From positions 193,648-257,647 of the forward strand of contig JBGAVD010000005.1 of NCBI GenBank assembly GCA_044228285.1: a stretch of 64,000 nucleotides of DNA, given 5' to 3'. The notes beneath the pieces were generated by a model. It did no database searches, was not told the DNA's origin, and worked only from the letters and a program-made list of their open reading frames with translations. Position numbers and translations under genes: made by a program. Position 1 is the first letter of the stretch. Each line of letters opens with the position of its first letter. Shown here one piece after another: positions 55,583 to 64,000 of this stretch. Origin of the DNA: Chlorobiota bacterium. Lineage in GTDB: Bacteria; Bacteroidota; Ignavibacteria; Kapaibacteriales; NICIL-2.

Positions 55583-57745
55583 ATGCTCATCGGACGAACT
55601 AAGGAACTCGATCTCATTCTCCAGGAGATCCGTAAACCCGCTACGGCAAATGACCTGAAGCGCATTATTGCCGTGCACGGGATGTTTGGCGTAGGGAAGT
55701 CAACTCTGCTCAGAGAGGTGATTGCCGAGCTCCAACAAAGCAACATGGTGCACGCTGTGTTGTATTCTAATGAAGATGCTCACATAGAGCACCTGCCCGA
55801 GTTTATGTATCAGTTGGTGAATTCATTCAGAGCATGCAAAGCAGACGTACCGCGATACAAGAGCGATGAAACTGACTCACGTTGGATGAGATTCAATGAG
55901 ATTCAACAGGAGTTAGAACAGACTCGTGCGGCTGCAAAATCCACATCAGAGTCTGGCACAACTGAGAGCGTAGCACAACTTGTCAAACACCGTAGCGCAG
56001 ATGAACGCAGGCTGATGACTGATACAGCATCAGTTATTTGTGAGACCTTGATCGTGGATCTGATGAACACTTTCTATCCGCTAGGTGCATCTGGCGGCGA
56101 ATCGCAAGTTCCAGCGGCTCACAGTCAAACGAAGATTGTCATTGTTATTGATACCTACGAGAAAATGACAGCCGCTTTGAATAGCTGGCTTCTTGAGCAC
56201 TTCCTTTTGTATTGTTACATAAAACGCTTTGGAGATTTCAGGTCCTACAATTCACCCTATCTGTCTCAGGAAGTGTATGTGAGACAGTTTTTTGACATTC
56301 GATTTGTGATAGCAGGCCGTGAACCTTTGCGTACAACAGATCCAGAGCGTAGGTGGGATCGATGGCAGCATACCTTACTTGAACTTGGTTTGCGACAATT
56401 CAATCCTGAGAATATTCGAGAGTACTTTGATGAGAACAAATTAGAGTTGCAGAGTGTTGATGAGGTCATGCATGCAACTGCGGGGATCCCGTACCTTGTG
56501 AGTCTTTGGTCTCATGCGCATCGCTTTGATGAGACTCATGCGGATGGTAATCAGACGATTGCAGCGCACGCTCAAGAGCGAATCTTCTGGTACAAAAGTC
56601 CTCAACAAAAAGAGTGGATCAGAACTGCAGCTTTTTGTGATTGGTTTGACGCTGATCTCCTCCGTTGTTTTCGATCATCACACGATCATTCACAAGAAGC
56701 CTATAATTACTTGAGACGCAGCACGGAGCTTTGCCGAGAGTCAACAAGCCACAAAGCGAAGCTGGAGCTTTTAGCTGTTGTACGTGAGAGCATCCGACAC
56801 GCTGTTCGACAAGAGTCTCCGGAACTTGCGAAAGAGTACGAACTAGTTGTCAAGACCTACACTTCAGCAACAGAGTTGCTCTCCAAGTTTGACCAGGACG
56901 AGCAGGATGCTTTACGGCACTTAGCCTACCTTCGGTGTTGTGACCTCAGCTCTACATTGCGAGAACTCTGGCCGGCTGACCAATCAGTAGTCGAACGCTT
57001 AGTTGAACGGTCTCCGAGCTTGTTTGAACAGCACAAAAGAACGATATCTCTCCAAAGCGATACCCATCAGCTATTGGCTCGCTTCAACTCTATGTACGAT
57101 AGTAGTAACGACTCTATAACGAAGAGTAGAGTCCATGAGTATTGGCAGAAAACAAGCGCTGAACTTCAGGCGGAGTGTAACAGCGCAAAGCTTAATCATG
57201 AGAAGGTAGAAAAGGAGATCGTCCGTCTGTCCTCAGAATCAGAGAAAGCTGAGCTTGATTTGCGCGACGCTCAAAACCAGTGTATGGAGTTGGAGTCCGA
57301 GATACGCCCTCTACGTCAAAACACTCCACCGCTGACAACGAATCGTGATGCAGCTGCTGCACGTATTGCCTTCATTCTTTGTCTTGTCCTCGCTGCCGCC
57401 ACTGTTTTCTCGCATGAGTGGATGCCGATGTTGCAAGCTCCTCAAGACATGGAAGAAGCGATTCAAAAAGTACTTCTGGCGTTTGCGATTGGCTTTGCCG
57501 CACTTTTCATATTCTTCGTGTCTCGTTCTATGGCCTTACGCCAGCGTCGCCGACAACATCAGAAGAACAGAGCGGTATTAGCAGAACTCGATGAACGGTA
57601 CAGTGCGGCGCGCGAGAAACTCAACGCCTGCCATACTCTTTTTGATGCAAGGAAGAAGGAACTCGCAATTCAGCGATTGAGAAAAGAAGAGTTAATGAAA
57701 CGCATCACTCTGTTGGAAGATCAGTTATCAGAGGCTATCGTGTAG
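55583..57745 (+). CDS. Membrane-anchored STAND/AAA_16-like P-loop NTPase (hypothetical; C-terminal coiled-coil + two TM helices + coiled-coil)
   Basis: N-terminal LIGRTKELDLILQEI followed by Walker A GMFGVGKSTLL. Walker B-like KIVIVIDTYE. Sensor-1-like FVIAGRE. A helical His/Cys-rich middle region. C-terminus: coiled-coil (ELQAECNSAKLNHEKVEKEI...), TM1 RIAFILCLVLAAATVF (nt ~57349-57411), TM2 VLLAFAIGFAALFIFFV (nt ~57470-57523), then a basic coiled-coil tail. Confidence 0.5.
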   Translation: MLIGRTKELDLILQEIRKPATANDLKRIIAVHGMFGVGKSTLLREVIAELQQSNMVHAVLYSNEDAHIEHLPEFMYQLVNSFRACKADVPRYKSDETDSRWMRFNEIQQELEQTRAAAKSTSESGTTESVAQLVKHRSADERRLMTDTASVICETLIVDLMNTFYPLGASGGESQVPAAHSQTKIVIVIDTYEKMTAALNSWLLEHFLLYCYIKRFGDFRSYNSPYLSQEVYVRQFFDIRFVIAGREPLRTTDPERRWDRWQHTLLELGLRQFNPENIREYFDENKLELQSVDEVMHATAGIPYLVSLWSHAHRFDETHADGNQTIAAHAQERIFWYKSPQQKEWIRTAAFCDWFDADLLRCFRSSHDHSQEAYNYLRRSTELCRESTSHKAKLELLAVVRESIRHAVRQESPELAKEYELVVKTYTSATELLSKFDQDEQDALRHLAYLRCCDLSSTLRELWPADQSVVERLVERSPSLFEQHKRTISLQSDTHQLLARFNSMYDSSNDSITKSRVHEYWQKTSAELQAECNSAKLNHEKVEKEIVRLSSESEKAELDLRDAQNQCMELESEIRPLRQNTPPLTTNRDAAAARIAFILCLVLAAATVFSHEWMPMLQAPQDMEEAIQKVLLAFAIGFAALFIFFVSRSMALRQRRRQHQKNRAVLAELDERYSAAREKLNACHTLFDARKKELAIQRLRKEELMKRITLLEDQLSEAIV

Positions 57746-57802
57746 ACTTCGCTCCATCTGCATGAATATTGATCTCCTTTACGGAAGCCCGGCAAATCGG
57801 AC

Positions 57803-59218
57803 CTACACCATGGCGCTCATGAGTCGTTTACTTAGGTTGAGCAAGAGTTCATCGTTAAAGGCAGCAGCTTGCAGCTGCATGCCAATAGGGAAGCCTCTAG
57901 AATCCACCCCGCAAGGGATGCTGATCGCAGGTATACCAGCAAGATTGGCTGACACAGTTAAGAGGTCGTTCAGATACATCTCGATAGGGTTTGCAGACTT
58001 CTCACCGCGCTTGAATGCTGTAGCTGGTGTTGTTGGAAGGAACAAGGCTGAACAGCTGGAGAATATCTCTTCATAGCCATTCAGAACTAGTCTGCGAGCC
58101 TGTTGTCCCTTTTTATAGTATGCATCATAGTAACCACTAGACAGCACGAAGGTTCCGAGCATGATTCGTCGCTTTACTTCAGCACCAAAACCTTCTGAAC
58201 GCGTAGCAGCCATGATATCTTCTCCATCACGCTCATCCGCGCGATAACCGTATCGCACGCCATCGAATCTTGAGAGGTTCGCTGAAGCTTCGGCAGTTGC
58301 GAGAATATAGTACGTTGGTATCCATGCCTCTTTACCAGCAAGGTGCACAGTCTTTGTTTGAAAACCCATGCCATGAATGGTTTGAATGCACTCTTCATAT
58401 CGAGCCATCACATCTGGAGAACAACCATCCAGTATCGAAGCATCAAGTATCCCGATAACGGCTTCATTGTCATGATGCGCAAGAGCACGAGTCGATTGCA
58501 TTGGAGCAATCTGTGAGCATGTTGCATCTGCAGGATCCGCGCCGCTTATCACATCCATTACCAGCGCCATATCTTCTATAGAATGACTGAAAGGACCTAT
58601 CTGATCCAATGATGACGCAAACGCTACAAGGCCATATCTGGATACACGACCGTATGTAGGCTTATAGCCAACTACTCCGCAAAATGCGGCTGGTTGACGA
58701 ATTGAACCACCAGTATCAGAGCCAAACGAAACGTGAGCGAGTTCAGCTGCAACGGCTACTGCTGAACCTCCTGAGGAGCCTCCAGGAACATACTCACTGT
58801 CGAGTGGGTGATGAACAGGACCAAATGCTGAGTTCTCATTCGACGAACCCATAGCAAATTCGTCGCAATTCGTCTTCCCGAGAATAATCGCTCCTGCATC
58901 TCGTAGGCGTTGCACGATGGTTGCGTCATACACTGGCTTAAATCCTTCAAGGATTTTTGATCCGCAAGTGAGTTGCATCCCTTTAACCGAGATGTTGTCT
59001 TTCATGGCCACGACCATTCCTTCAAGCGGTCTTGCTGTATCACTTGCAAAGCGCAGATCACTTTGTTCTGCTAAGTGCAATGCGCCCGCAGCATCGATCT
59101 GCAAGTATGCGTTGAGATCAGAACGTTGTGCAGCATTATCAAGAAAGCGTTGAACTTCCTGTACACAGGTCGTGGTGTTAGAGAGTCTGGCTTGACGAAA
59201 ATGAGAGTAGCTTAGCAT
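57803..59218 (-). CDS. gatA: Asp-tRNA(Asn)/Glu-tRNA(Gln) amidotransferase subunit A
   Basis: Amidase signature GGSSGGSAVAVAA...GSDTGGSIRQPAAFCGVVGYKPTYG. Confidence 0.9.
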   Translation of the reverse strand: MLSYSHFRQARLSNTTTCVQEVQRFLDNAAQRSDLNAYLQIDAAGALHLAEQSDLRFASDTARPLEGMVVAMKDNISVKGMQLTCGSKILEGFKPVYDATIVQRLRDAGAIILGKTNCDEFAMGSSNENSAFGPVHHPLDSEYVPGGSSGGSAVAVAAELAHVSFGSDTGGSIRQPAAFCGVVGYKPTYGRVSRYGLVAFASSLDQIGPFSHSIEDMALVMDVISGADPADATCSQIAPMQSTRALAHHDNEAVIGILDASILDGCSPDVMARYEECIQTIHGMGFQTKTVHLAGKEAWIPTYYILATAEASANLSRFDGVRYGYRADERDGEDIMAATRSEGFGAEVKRRIMLGTFVLSSGYYDAYYKKGQQARRLVLNGYEEIFSSCSALFLPTTPATAFKRGEKSANPIEMYLNDLLTVSANLAGIPAISIPCGVDSRGFPIGMQLQAAAFNDELLLNLSKRLMSAMV

Positions 59219-59354
59219 AGAGTGCTTGTATGAACGATCTGCGAAGATAGCAATGGTTAAGCAGATGGGAAGAAAGCCCGAGGCGTCAAAAGTGACAGTA
59301 CAAGAATTTGAGGTCTAAAGAGCTAGGTAGGAATTCCCTCACTCCGAACATGTA

Positions 59355-59879
59355 CTATCGCGTAATAGAACCGGAAGGGGGCTGTATGCGTATTGCAGGA
59401 GCAGGGGGCTGCGTTCTACTCAGTGCTTCGGAATCACTGGAATTCTCAGATAGACTCTTGGTATCTTCAGGACTAGTCTGCACATCTTGAAAGCGAATTG
59501 ACTCCTGGGCGTTATCGTGAGATGGGCTAAGCTCCGGCAGGTCGGTGGTCGAGATTGAATCGCTTGTCTCATCACCCTTTAGCTCAGAATTCATGCTATA
59601 GCCTGTTTCTGAGCTGGCGACAACAAAAGCTTCTGGAAGACTTTCAACAGGACTAAGATTTGGCTGCAGTGATCCAGCGATTGGACTTGAACGAGGGCCA
59701 ACGTGTTCAAGATCGGTTGACAAATCGCGCATATGTTGGGTAAACTCATCCTGGGCTTGCCGAACTTTACGCATGCCTTTGCCAATCATTGATGCAACTT
59801 CAGGAATCTTCTTTGGACCAAACAAGACCAAGATTGCAACAACAATGAGTAAGAGTTCACCTCCGCCAACATCAAACAT
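59355..59879 (-). CDS. tatB: TatA/B-family twin-arginine translocase protein (TatB-like, long acidic/Ser-rich C-terminal tail)
   Basis: N-terminal FDVGGGELLLIVVAILVLFGPKKIPEVA (TM + amphipathic helix), followed by a ~110-aa low-complexity tail. Confidence 0.55.
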   Translation of the reverse strand: MFDVGGGELLLIVVAILVLFGPKKIPEVASMIGKGMRKVRQAQDEFTQHMRDLSTDLEHVGPRSSPIAGSLQPNLSPVESLPEAFVVASSETGYSMNSELKGDETSDSISTTDLPELSPSHDNAQESIRFQDVQTSPEDTKSLSENSSDSEALSRTQPPAPAIRIQPPSGSITR

Positions 59880-59916
59880 AGAAGATATCCAGAATAGAAG
59901 GTTGCGCGAATGTCAA

Positions 59917-60099
59917 CTACTTGCTGTCAACTTTGGTGTGGTCAGCAGGACGATCTGAGTTCTCATTGCTCGCAGCTTGCTTGAACTCGCGAATGCCGCT
60001 TCCAAGACCTTTCATCAATTCGGGAATCTTCTTACCACCAAAAAGGAGTGCAATAATGACTCCGATAACTACTAATTCGCCAATACCCATTCCAAACAT
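59917..60099 (-). CDS. tatA: Twin-arginine translocase TatA
   Basis: [42 protein letters not shown]. The start is at the internal Met. The ORF extends to 60147. Confidence 0.7.
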   Translation of the reverse strand: MFGMGIGELVVIGVIIALLFGGKKIPELMKGLGSGIREFKQAASNENSDRPADHTKVDSK

Positions 60100-60218
60100 A
60101 TGTACCTCTTCAATAGAGTTGAATAATGAGATCACTTCTTCACGCAAACGGAAATCCCGTGTGGGTGGTGTTAGACAATTCGAGCTGTTCGCTCTTAAGA
60201 ACGCTTGGAAGTGCCAAA

Positions 60219-60917
60219 CTAGCCTTCAACCAAACTATGTACGAGAGAACGAAAGATCCCGAGACCGTCAGTTCCACCGAGTAGTGGATCGCAAACGCGC
60301 TCTGGATGCGGCATCAAGCCAACAACATTACCTTCTCTAGACCGAATTCCCGCAATATCACGCAAGGAGCCATTGGGGTTAGCGCTTCCGCCAACTTTGC
60401 CATCGACATCACAGTAGCGAAAAAGTACTTGGTCGTTCGACTCAAGCTCGTTGAGTGTCGCCTCATCAGCAAAGTATGAGCCTTCACCGTGTGCAATAGG
60501 CATTCGCAAAACTTGGTGTAAAGCGTAAGACGAACTAAAGGGACTTTCGTTGTTCTCCACGCGCAAGTACACGTCTTTACAAGAGAAAGACTGCTTCTCA
60601 TTTCGTGCAAGTGCCCCAGGAAGCAAAGCAGCCTCGGTAAGAACTTGAAAACCATTGCAAATACCCAATACATAACCGCCACGTTGAGCAAAAGCAACAA
60701 CTTCCTTCATGATTGGTGAAAAACGGGCTATAGCACCACTGCGGAGATAGTCACCGTAAGAGAAACCTCCTGGCAGGATGACACAATCCACATCTCTTGA
60801 GATAGATTGTTCTTTGTGCCAGAGGAATTGTGCCTCGCTCCCAAGGTTATGCTGCACGGCGTACAGCGCATCTCGATCGCAATTAGATCCCGGGAAAACA
60901 ACAACGGCAAACTTCAC
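60219..60917 (-). CDS. purQ: Phosphoribosylformylglycinamidine synthase subunit PurQ (glutaminase)
   Basis: [17 protein letters not shown]-terminus and the class-I GATase Cys/His region. It overlaps purS by 4 nt. Confidence 0.9.
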   Translation of the reverse strand: MKFAVVVFPGSNCDRDALYAVQHNLGSEAQFLWHKEQSISRDVDCVILPGGFSYGDYLRSGAIARFSPIMKEVVAFAQRGGYVLGICNGFQVLTEAALLPGALARNEKQSFSCKDVYLRVENNESPFSSSYALHQVLRMPIAHGEGSYFADEATLNELESNDQVLFRYCDVDGKVGGSANPNGSLRDIAGIRSREGNVVGLMPHPERVCDPLLGGTDGLGIFRSLVHSLVEG

Positions 60918-61171
60918 GCAGCCTCCGTGATAGTAATATGGAAATCTTCCATAATAGGGTTGGCAATGAGCTTCTCACAAGCTTGCTGTGCTACCGACTT
61001 CGCTTCTTCAGCAGTAGGAGCAGCAACCTGGAATTCAACGAATTTGCCCATTCGCACATTTTGAATCGACTGGAAGTTGATGGAGTGCAAAGCATGCTCA
61101 ACTGTCTTGCCCTGAACATCCAGGATGCCTGCGCGTAAGGTAATATCTACAGATGCTGTAAAGGTCTTCAT
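60914..61171 (-). CDS. purS: Phosphoribosylformylglycinamidine synthase subunit PurS
   Basis: [28 protein letters not shown], ~85 aa. The start is at the internal Met. The ORF extends to 61294, where it would overlap pssA. Confidence 0.8.
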   Translation of the reverse strand: MKTFTASVDITLRAGILDVQGKTVEHALHSINFQSIQNVRMGKFVEFQVAAPTAEEAKSVAQQACEKLIANPIMEDFHITITEAA

Positions 61172-61247
61172 GTTGTATTGTTCAAGTAATGAGTAACTGT
61201 ATGGAGGAGTGGCTATACCACTATGACACTCCCAAGGATGAGATCGT

Positions 61248-62018
61248 TTAACTAAACTCCTCGTCATCCTCATCATCGTCTTCCAATTCATCATCGAGCT
61301 CGTTCCGTTCTTGATACCATTGAACTACCTGCCGCAGTGCTCCAAAAACCATATAGGCTAGCATACAGGCAAAAGTTGCGGAACCCTTCGTTGCAATGCT
61401 CAGCACGATAGCAGTTACAACAGCAAGAAAGAGAATTGGGTGTTCTTTGAAGCTACGAGCACTTGGACGAGGCAGATTATCATAACGAATTGTACTGACC
61501 ATTGCCAAGGCGGTGGCGACTGTTACAAAATTAACGCAGAGTTCTCTGTAGCTGGGATCGATTTTCTGGTTAAGGAGGAAAAACACCACAAAAGAGACGA
61601 TCGTCAGTGCTCCGGCAGGAATTGGCATCCCTCGAAAGTACTGTTTGTCCTCAAGAGATGTCAGTTGCGCGTTGAAACGCGCAAGACGGTACACTCCAGC
61701 CATCGCTGGAAGTGACGCGAGGAGCAAGCCCATATTCTGGGCGTGCTGAAAGTGTACTTGATAGAGAAGAAAGGAAGGGGCCACTCCGAATGAGACCGCG
61801 TCGCAGAGTGAATCAAGCTCTACACCAAGCTCACTAGCCGATTTTGTTAATCGTGCCATGACGCCATCGAGCATGTCGAAAACCGCAGCTAACAGAATGA
61901 GCAAAGCACCGTTCGTAAAATCATAGCGACTAAACAGCACAATAGCTGAGAACCCGCAAAACAGATTCGCTAGTGTAAAGAAGTTCGGAACAATTGAACG
62001 TGTGATGCGCAGTGCCAA
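61248..62018 (-). CDS. pssA: CDP-diacylglycerol--serine O-phosphatidyltransferase (CDP-alcohol phosphatidyltransferase family) with poly-acidic C-terminal tail
   Basis: DMLDGVMAR...ELGVELDSLCDAVSFGVAP CAPT motif. The C-terminus ends ELDDELEDDDEDDEEFS. Confidence 0.8.
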   Translation of the reverse strand: MALRITRSIVPNFFTLANLFCGFSAIVLFSRYDFTNGALLILLAAVFDMLDGVMARLTKSASELGVELDSLCDAVSFGVAPSFLLYQVHFQHAQNMGLLLASLPAMAGVYRLARFNAQLTSLEDKQYFRGMPIPAGALTIVSFVVFFLLNQKIDPSYRELCVNFVTVATALAMVSTIRYDNLPRPSARSFKEHPILFLAVVTAIVLSIATKGSATFACMLAYMVFGALRQVVQWYQERNELDDELEDDDEDDEEFS

Positions 62019-62033
62019 AGCAGATTTCCTTCG

Positions 62034-62693
62034 TTACTTTAAGCGTGCAATTATGGTCTCAGCTGCTGTGACTTTGTCACCCTCATGAACCAGGATCTCG
62101 GTATTCATAGGCACGATCACATCCATACGTGAGCCGAACTTCATCATTCCAAAACGATCTCCAGCATGAGCGCTGTCATTGACTTTGGTATCAAACACAA
62201 TGCGACGTGCCAGGTAACCAGTAATCTGCTTGAAAACGATCTTAGCAGTTCCAGTATTCAAGCCAAAAACACTACGCTCGTTCAGTTCTGAAGACTTGGG
62301 ATGCCAGGCGACAAGATAGTCGCCTGCATAGTATTTGGCATATTCGATGAGCCCAGTTGCTGGATAGCGATTTACGTGCACGTTCAATGGAGACAAGAAG
62401 ATGCTGATCTGCATAGCCTCCTCATGTAAATACTCCTTCTCGCTTACCTTGGAAACCTGAACCACTTTACCGTCTGCCGGAGCAACAACGACCTTAGCGT
62501 CATTAAGGGCTTCCGCAGCCAGAACTCGCTCGGGATCGCGGAAAAACCATAGCGATAAACACAGAACAAAAACCCCGACTATACCCAGAGGAATGCTCAC
62601 TAAGGGTTTGGAAAGGTACCATGCAAGACCTATGAGGGCCAGTGAACTGAGAACCAACCAAAGTAGATTATCTATACCGTATTTTGAAAACAT
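62034..62693 (-). CDS. psd: Phosphatidylserine decarboxylase (short form)
   Basis: Conserved core VHVNRYPATG...YLVAWHPKS...FGSRMD (cleavage-site region). The start is at MFSKYGI. The ORF extends to 62789. Confidence 0.7.
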   Translation of the reverse strand: MFSKYGIDNLLWLVLSSLALIGLAWYLSKPLVSIPLGIVGVFVLCLSLWFFRDPERVLAAEALNDAKVVVAPADGKVVQVSKVSEKEYLHEEAMQISIFLSPLNVHVNRYPATGLIEYAKYYAGDYLVAWHPKSSELNERSVFGLNTGTAKIVFKQITGYLARRIVFDTKVNDSAHAGDRFGMMKFGSRMDVIVPMNTEILVHEGDKVTAAETIIARLK

Positions 62694-62913
62694 TGAGTTT
62701 CTCGAGTGCTGAAGTGAATGCAAGAGCAAAAAAGAGAGACGAGAGTCAAACGTGGTCAAAACGACTTTGTCCATCCTCCAACCCTCCACATTTTTTCCAC
62801 AAAGCTGATCGTTACCAAGTCAGGCTCTGGTCAATGTGTATTTTGCAAGCACGAAGTTAGGAAATAGTCGTTTCCGATTCGCCCTGTTTTTATTTCACCT
62901 GTTGTCTGCACCC

Positions 62914-64000
62914 ATGAAGTTCTCCATCGCAATGTCCGATTTTCTTCGCTCTCTGCAACTTGTCTTGCCGGCAATACCGACAAAGTCTACGCTCTTTGTG
63001 CTAGAGCACGTGCATTGCACTCTCTTTGACGGAACCTTGACACTGCTTGCAACTGACCAAGAGTTGGCGATTTCGACTTCTCTACAGGTCATGAGTACGG
63101 AGGATGGGGAAGTGCTCATTCCCGCTCGGAAACTGACTGAGCTGGTGAAGTCTCTTGGCAGTGAAGGAATGTTGGATGTGCATGTAGATCCGCGAAGCAA
63201 ACAGGTAACCTTGCGGACAAACTTCGGGGAGTATTTCTTGAAGGGCATCGATGTTACTGAGTTCCCAATGATCCCTGAGTTTAAGCTCGATGCTTCCGTT
63301 CGCTTGCGCAAAGCTGACGTACAACGCATTGCAAGCAAAACAACCTTCGCCGTTTCCGTTGAAGAGTACCGTCCTGCAATGACGGGTGTCTTCTTTGAGT
63401 TTCATGAAGATATTCTCTTGGCGGTTGCAACAGATGGCTATCGTCTTGTGAAGTTGAGTGTGCCACCGGCGGAGGGACAACACTTCCCATCTGGCATATC
63501 AGCAATTATACCCTCTCGGGCGGTGAACCTCTTAGCTAAAGCTGAGTCCGATATCGAGCTCGCAATCAACAAGACCCATGCACGGTTCCGCTCCGATATC
63601 ACGACAACAATCACTCGGTTGATAGATGAGAAGTTCCCCAACTATGACAACGTGATTCCAAAAGACAATGATAAAGTCTGCCTAGTGAAACAGAGTGAAC
63701 TTGCTGCCGCAATACGTCGTATTAGCCTGTTTACTTCAAGTGTGTCGCCACAGATCCGTTTTCTCATGAAAGACAATGTACTGTCGATCAGTGCTGAAGA
63801 CAGCGAGACCGGACACAAGGCTAAAGAGATCATACCTGCAGAGTTCGAATTCGAACCAATGGAGATTGGCTTCAACCATCGTTACATTGAAGAGTCTTTG
63901 CAGCATATTACGTCCGATGATATGAGTGACGGTATGGTGCAAATGTTGCTCAGCTCTGCAACCCGCGCTGTGTTACTTAAGCCCAGAGCAGACAAAGACA
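62914..64000 (+). CDS. dnaN: DNA polymerase III beta sliding clamp, 5' portion (3' end beyond window)
   Basis: MKFSIAMSDFLRSLQLV..., ATDGYRLV and EKFPNYDNVIPK motifs. The reading frame stays open to the window end. It is not in the ORF table because no stop codon falls inside the window. Confidence 0.85.
   Translation, partial: MKFSIAMSDFLRSLQLVLPAIPTKSTLFVLEHVHCTLFDGTLTLLATDQELAISTSLQVMSTEDGEVLIPARKLTELVKSLGSEGMLDVHVDPRSKQVTLRTNFGEYFLKGIDVTEFPMIPEFKLDASVRLRKADVQRIASKTTFAVSVEEYRPAMTGVFFEFHEDILLAVATDGYRLVKLSVPPAEGQHFPSGISAIIPSRAVNLLAKAESDIELAINKTHARFRSDITTTITRLIDEKFPNYDNVIPKDNDKVCLVKQSELAAAIRRISLFTSSVSPQIRFLMKDNVLSISAEDSETGHKAKEIIPAEFEFEPMEIGFNHRYIEESLQHITSDDMSDGMVQMLLSSATRAVLLKPRADKD

Noticed and set aside
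58452-58458. CCGATAA, resembling the sigma-28 -10 element (GCCGATAA).
   Set aside because: It lies inside the gatA coding sequence, has no TAAA -35 element at the correct spacing, and is on the wrong strand relative to nearby starts.
62895-63942. Several - strand ORFs (62895-63338, 63082-63483, 63281-63505, 63438-63641, 63642-63875, 63736-63942) in the ORF table.
   Set aside because: They are antisense to an uninterrupted + strand frame starting at 62914 that encodes an unmistakable DnaN (MKFSIAMSDF..., EKFPNYDNVIPK). DnaN is absent from the table only because it has no in-window stop codon.
1-64000. Looked for tRNA/tmRNA/RNase P/SRP RNA signatures (GGTTCGAATCC T-loops, AGGTCAGGTCCGG, AAGTCCGG), CRISPR-like spaced direct repeats, and transposase/integrase ORFs.
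   Set aside because: None found by eye. All intergenic regions longer than 100 nt lack T-loop consensus. No ORF shows DDE or tyrosine-recombinase motifs.

Overview
This 64 kb chromosomal window looks like it comes from an FCB-superphylum (Bacteroidota-like) bacterium. I infer that from four secreted proteins ending in type-A T9SS C-terminal sorting domains, a Bacteroides-type frdCAB succinate:quinone oxidoreductase operon, and two TAnnTTTG-like putative -7 promoter motifs. GC content looks moderate by eye and was not computed.

The window holds about 58 protein-coding genes, densely packed. Most are housekeeping genes:
- tandem APC amino-acid permeases
- frdC/A/B
- a split transketolase
- tsaD, ald, a GT2 glycosyltransferase
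- a YitJ-like homocysteine-methyltransferase/MTHFR fusion
- tryptophan 2,3-dioxygenase, pepA
- a Kgd/OdhA-type fused E2-E1 2-oxoglutarate dehydrogenase
- an orphan sensor kinase, a PfkB kinase, ddl
- a family-4 UDG, purT, a gamma-carbonic anhydrase, gatA, tatA/tatB-like genes
- purQ, purS, pssA, psd
- the 5' part of dnaN

I recognised no rRNA, tRNA, CRISPR array, IS element, integrase or prophage hallmark. Eleven intrinsic terminator-like hairpins are called.

The best candidates for undescribed biology are:
1. An isolated flhF / small 2-TM coiled-coil protein / fliA module. The FlhF has a retained P-loop but degenerate G2/G3 GTPase motifs, and the FlhG/MinD partner is missing. It is wedged between T9SS cargo genes.
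2. A lone, divergently inserted 720-aa STAND/AAA_16-like P-loop NTPase whose C-terminus is a coiled-coil, two-TM hairpin, coiled-coil. This is a possible single-gene defence or signalling protein.
3. A fused E2-catalytic-domain + E1 2-oxoglutarate dehydrogenase of the actinobacterial Kgd type.
4. A lipoprotein / membrane protein / REC-PP2C response regulator / VOC operon.

All family assignments rest on motif recognition by eye from the translated ORFs. No database searches were run.
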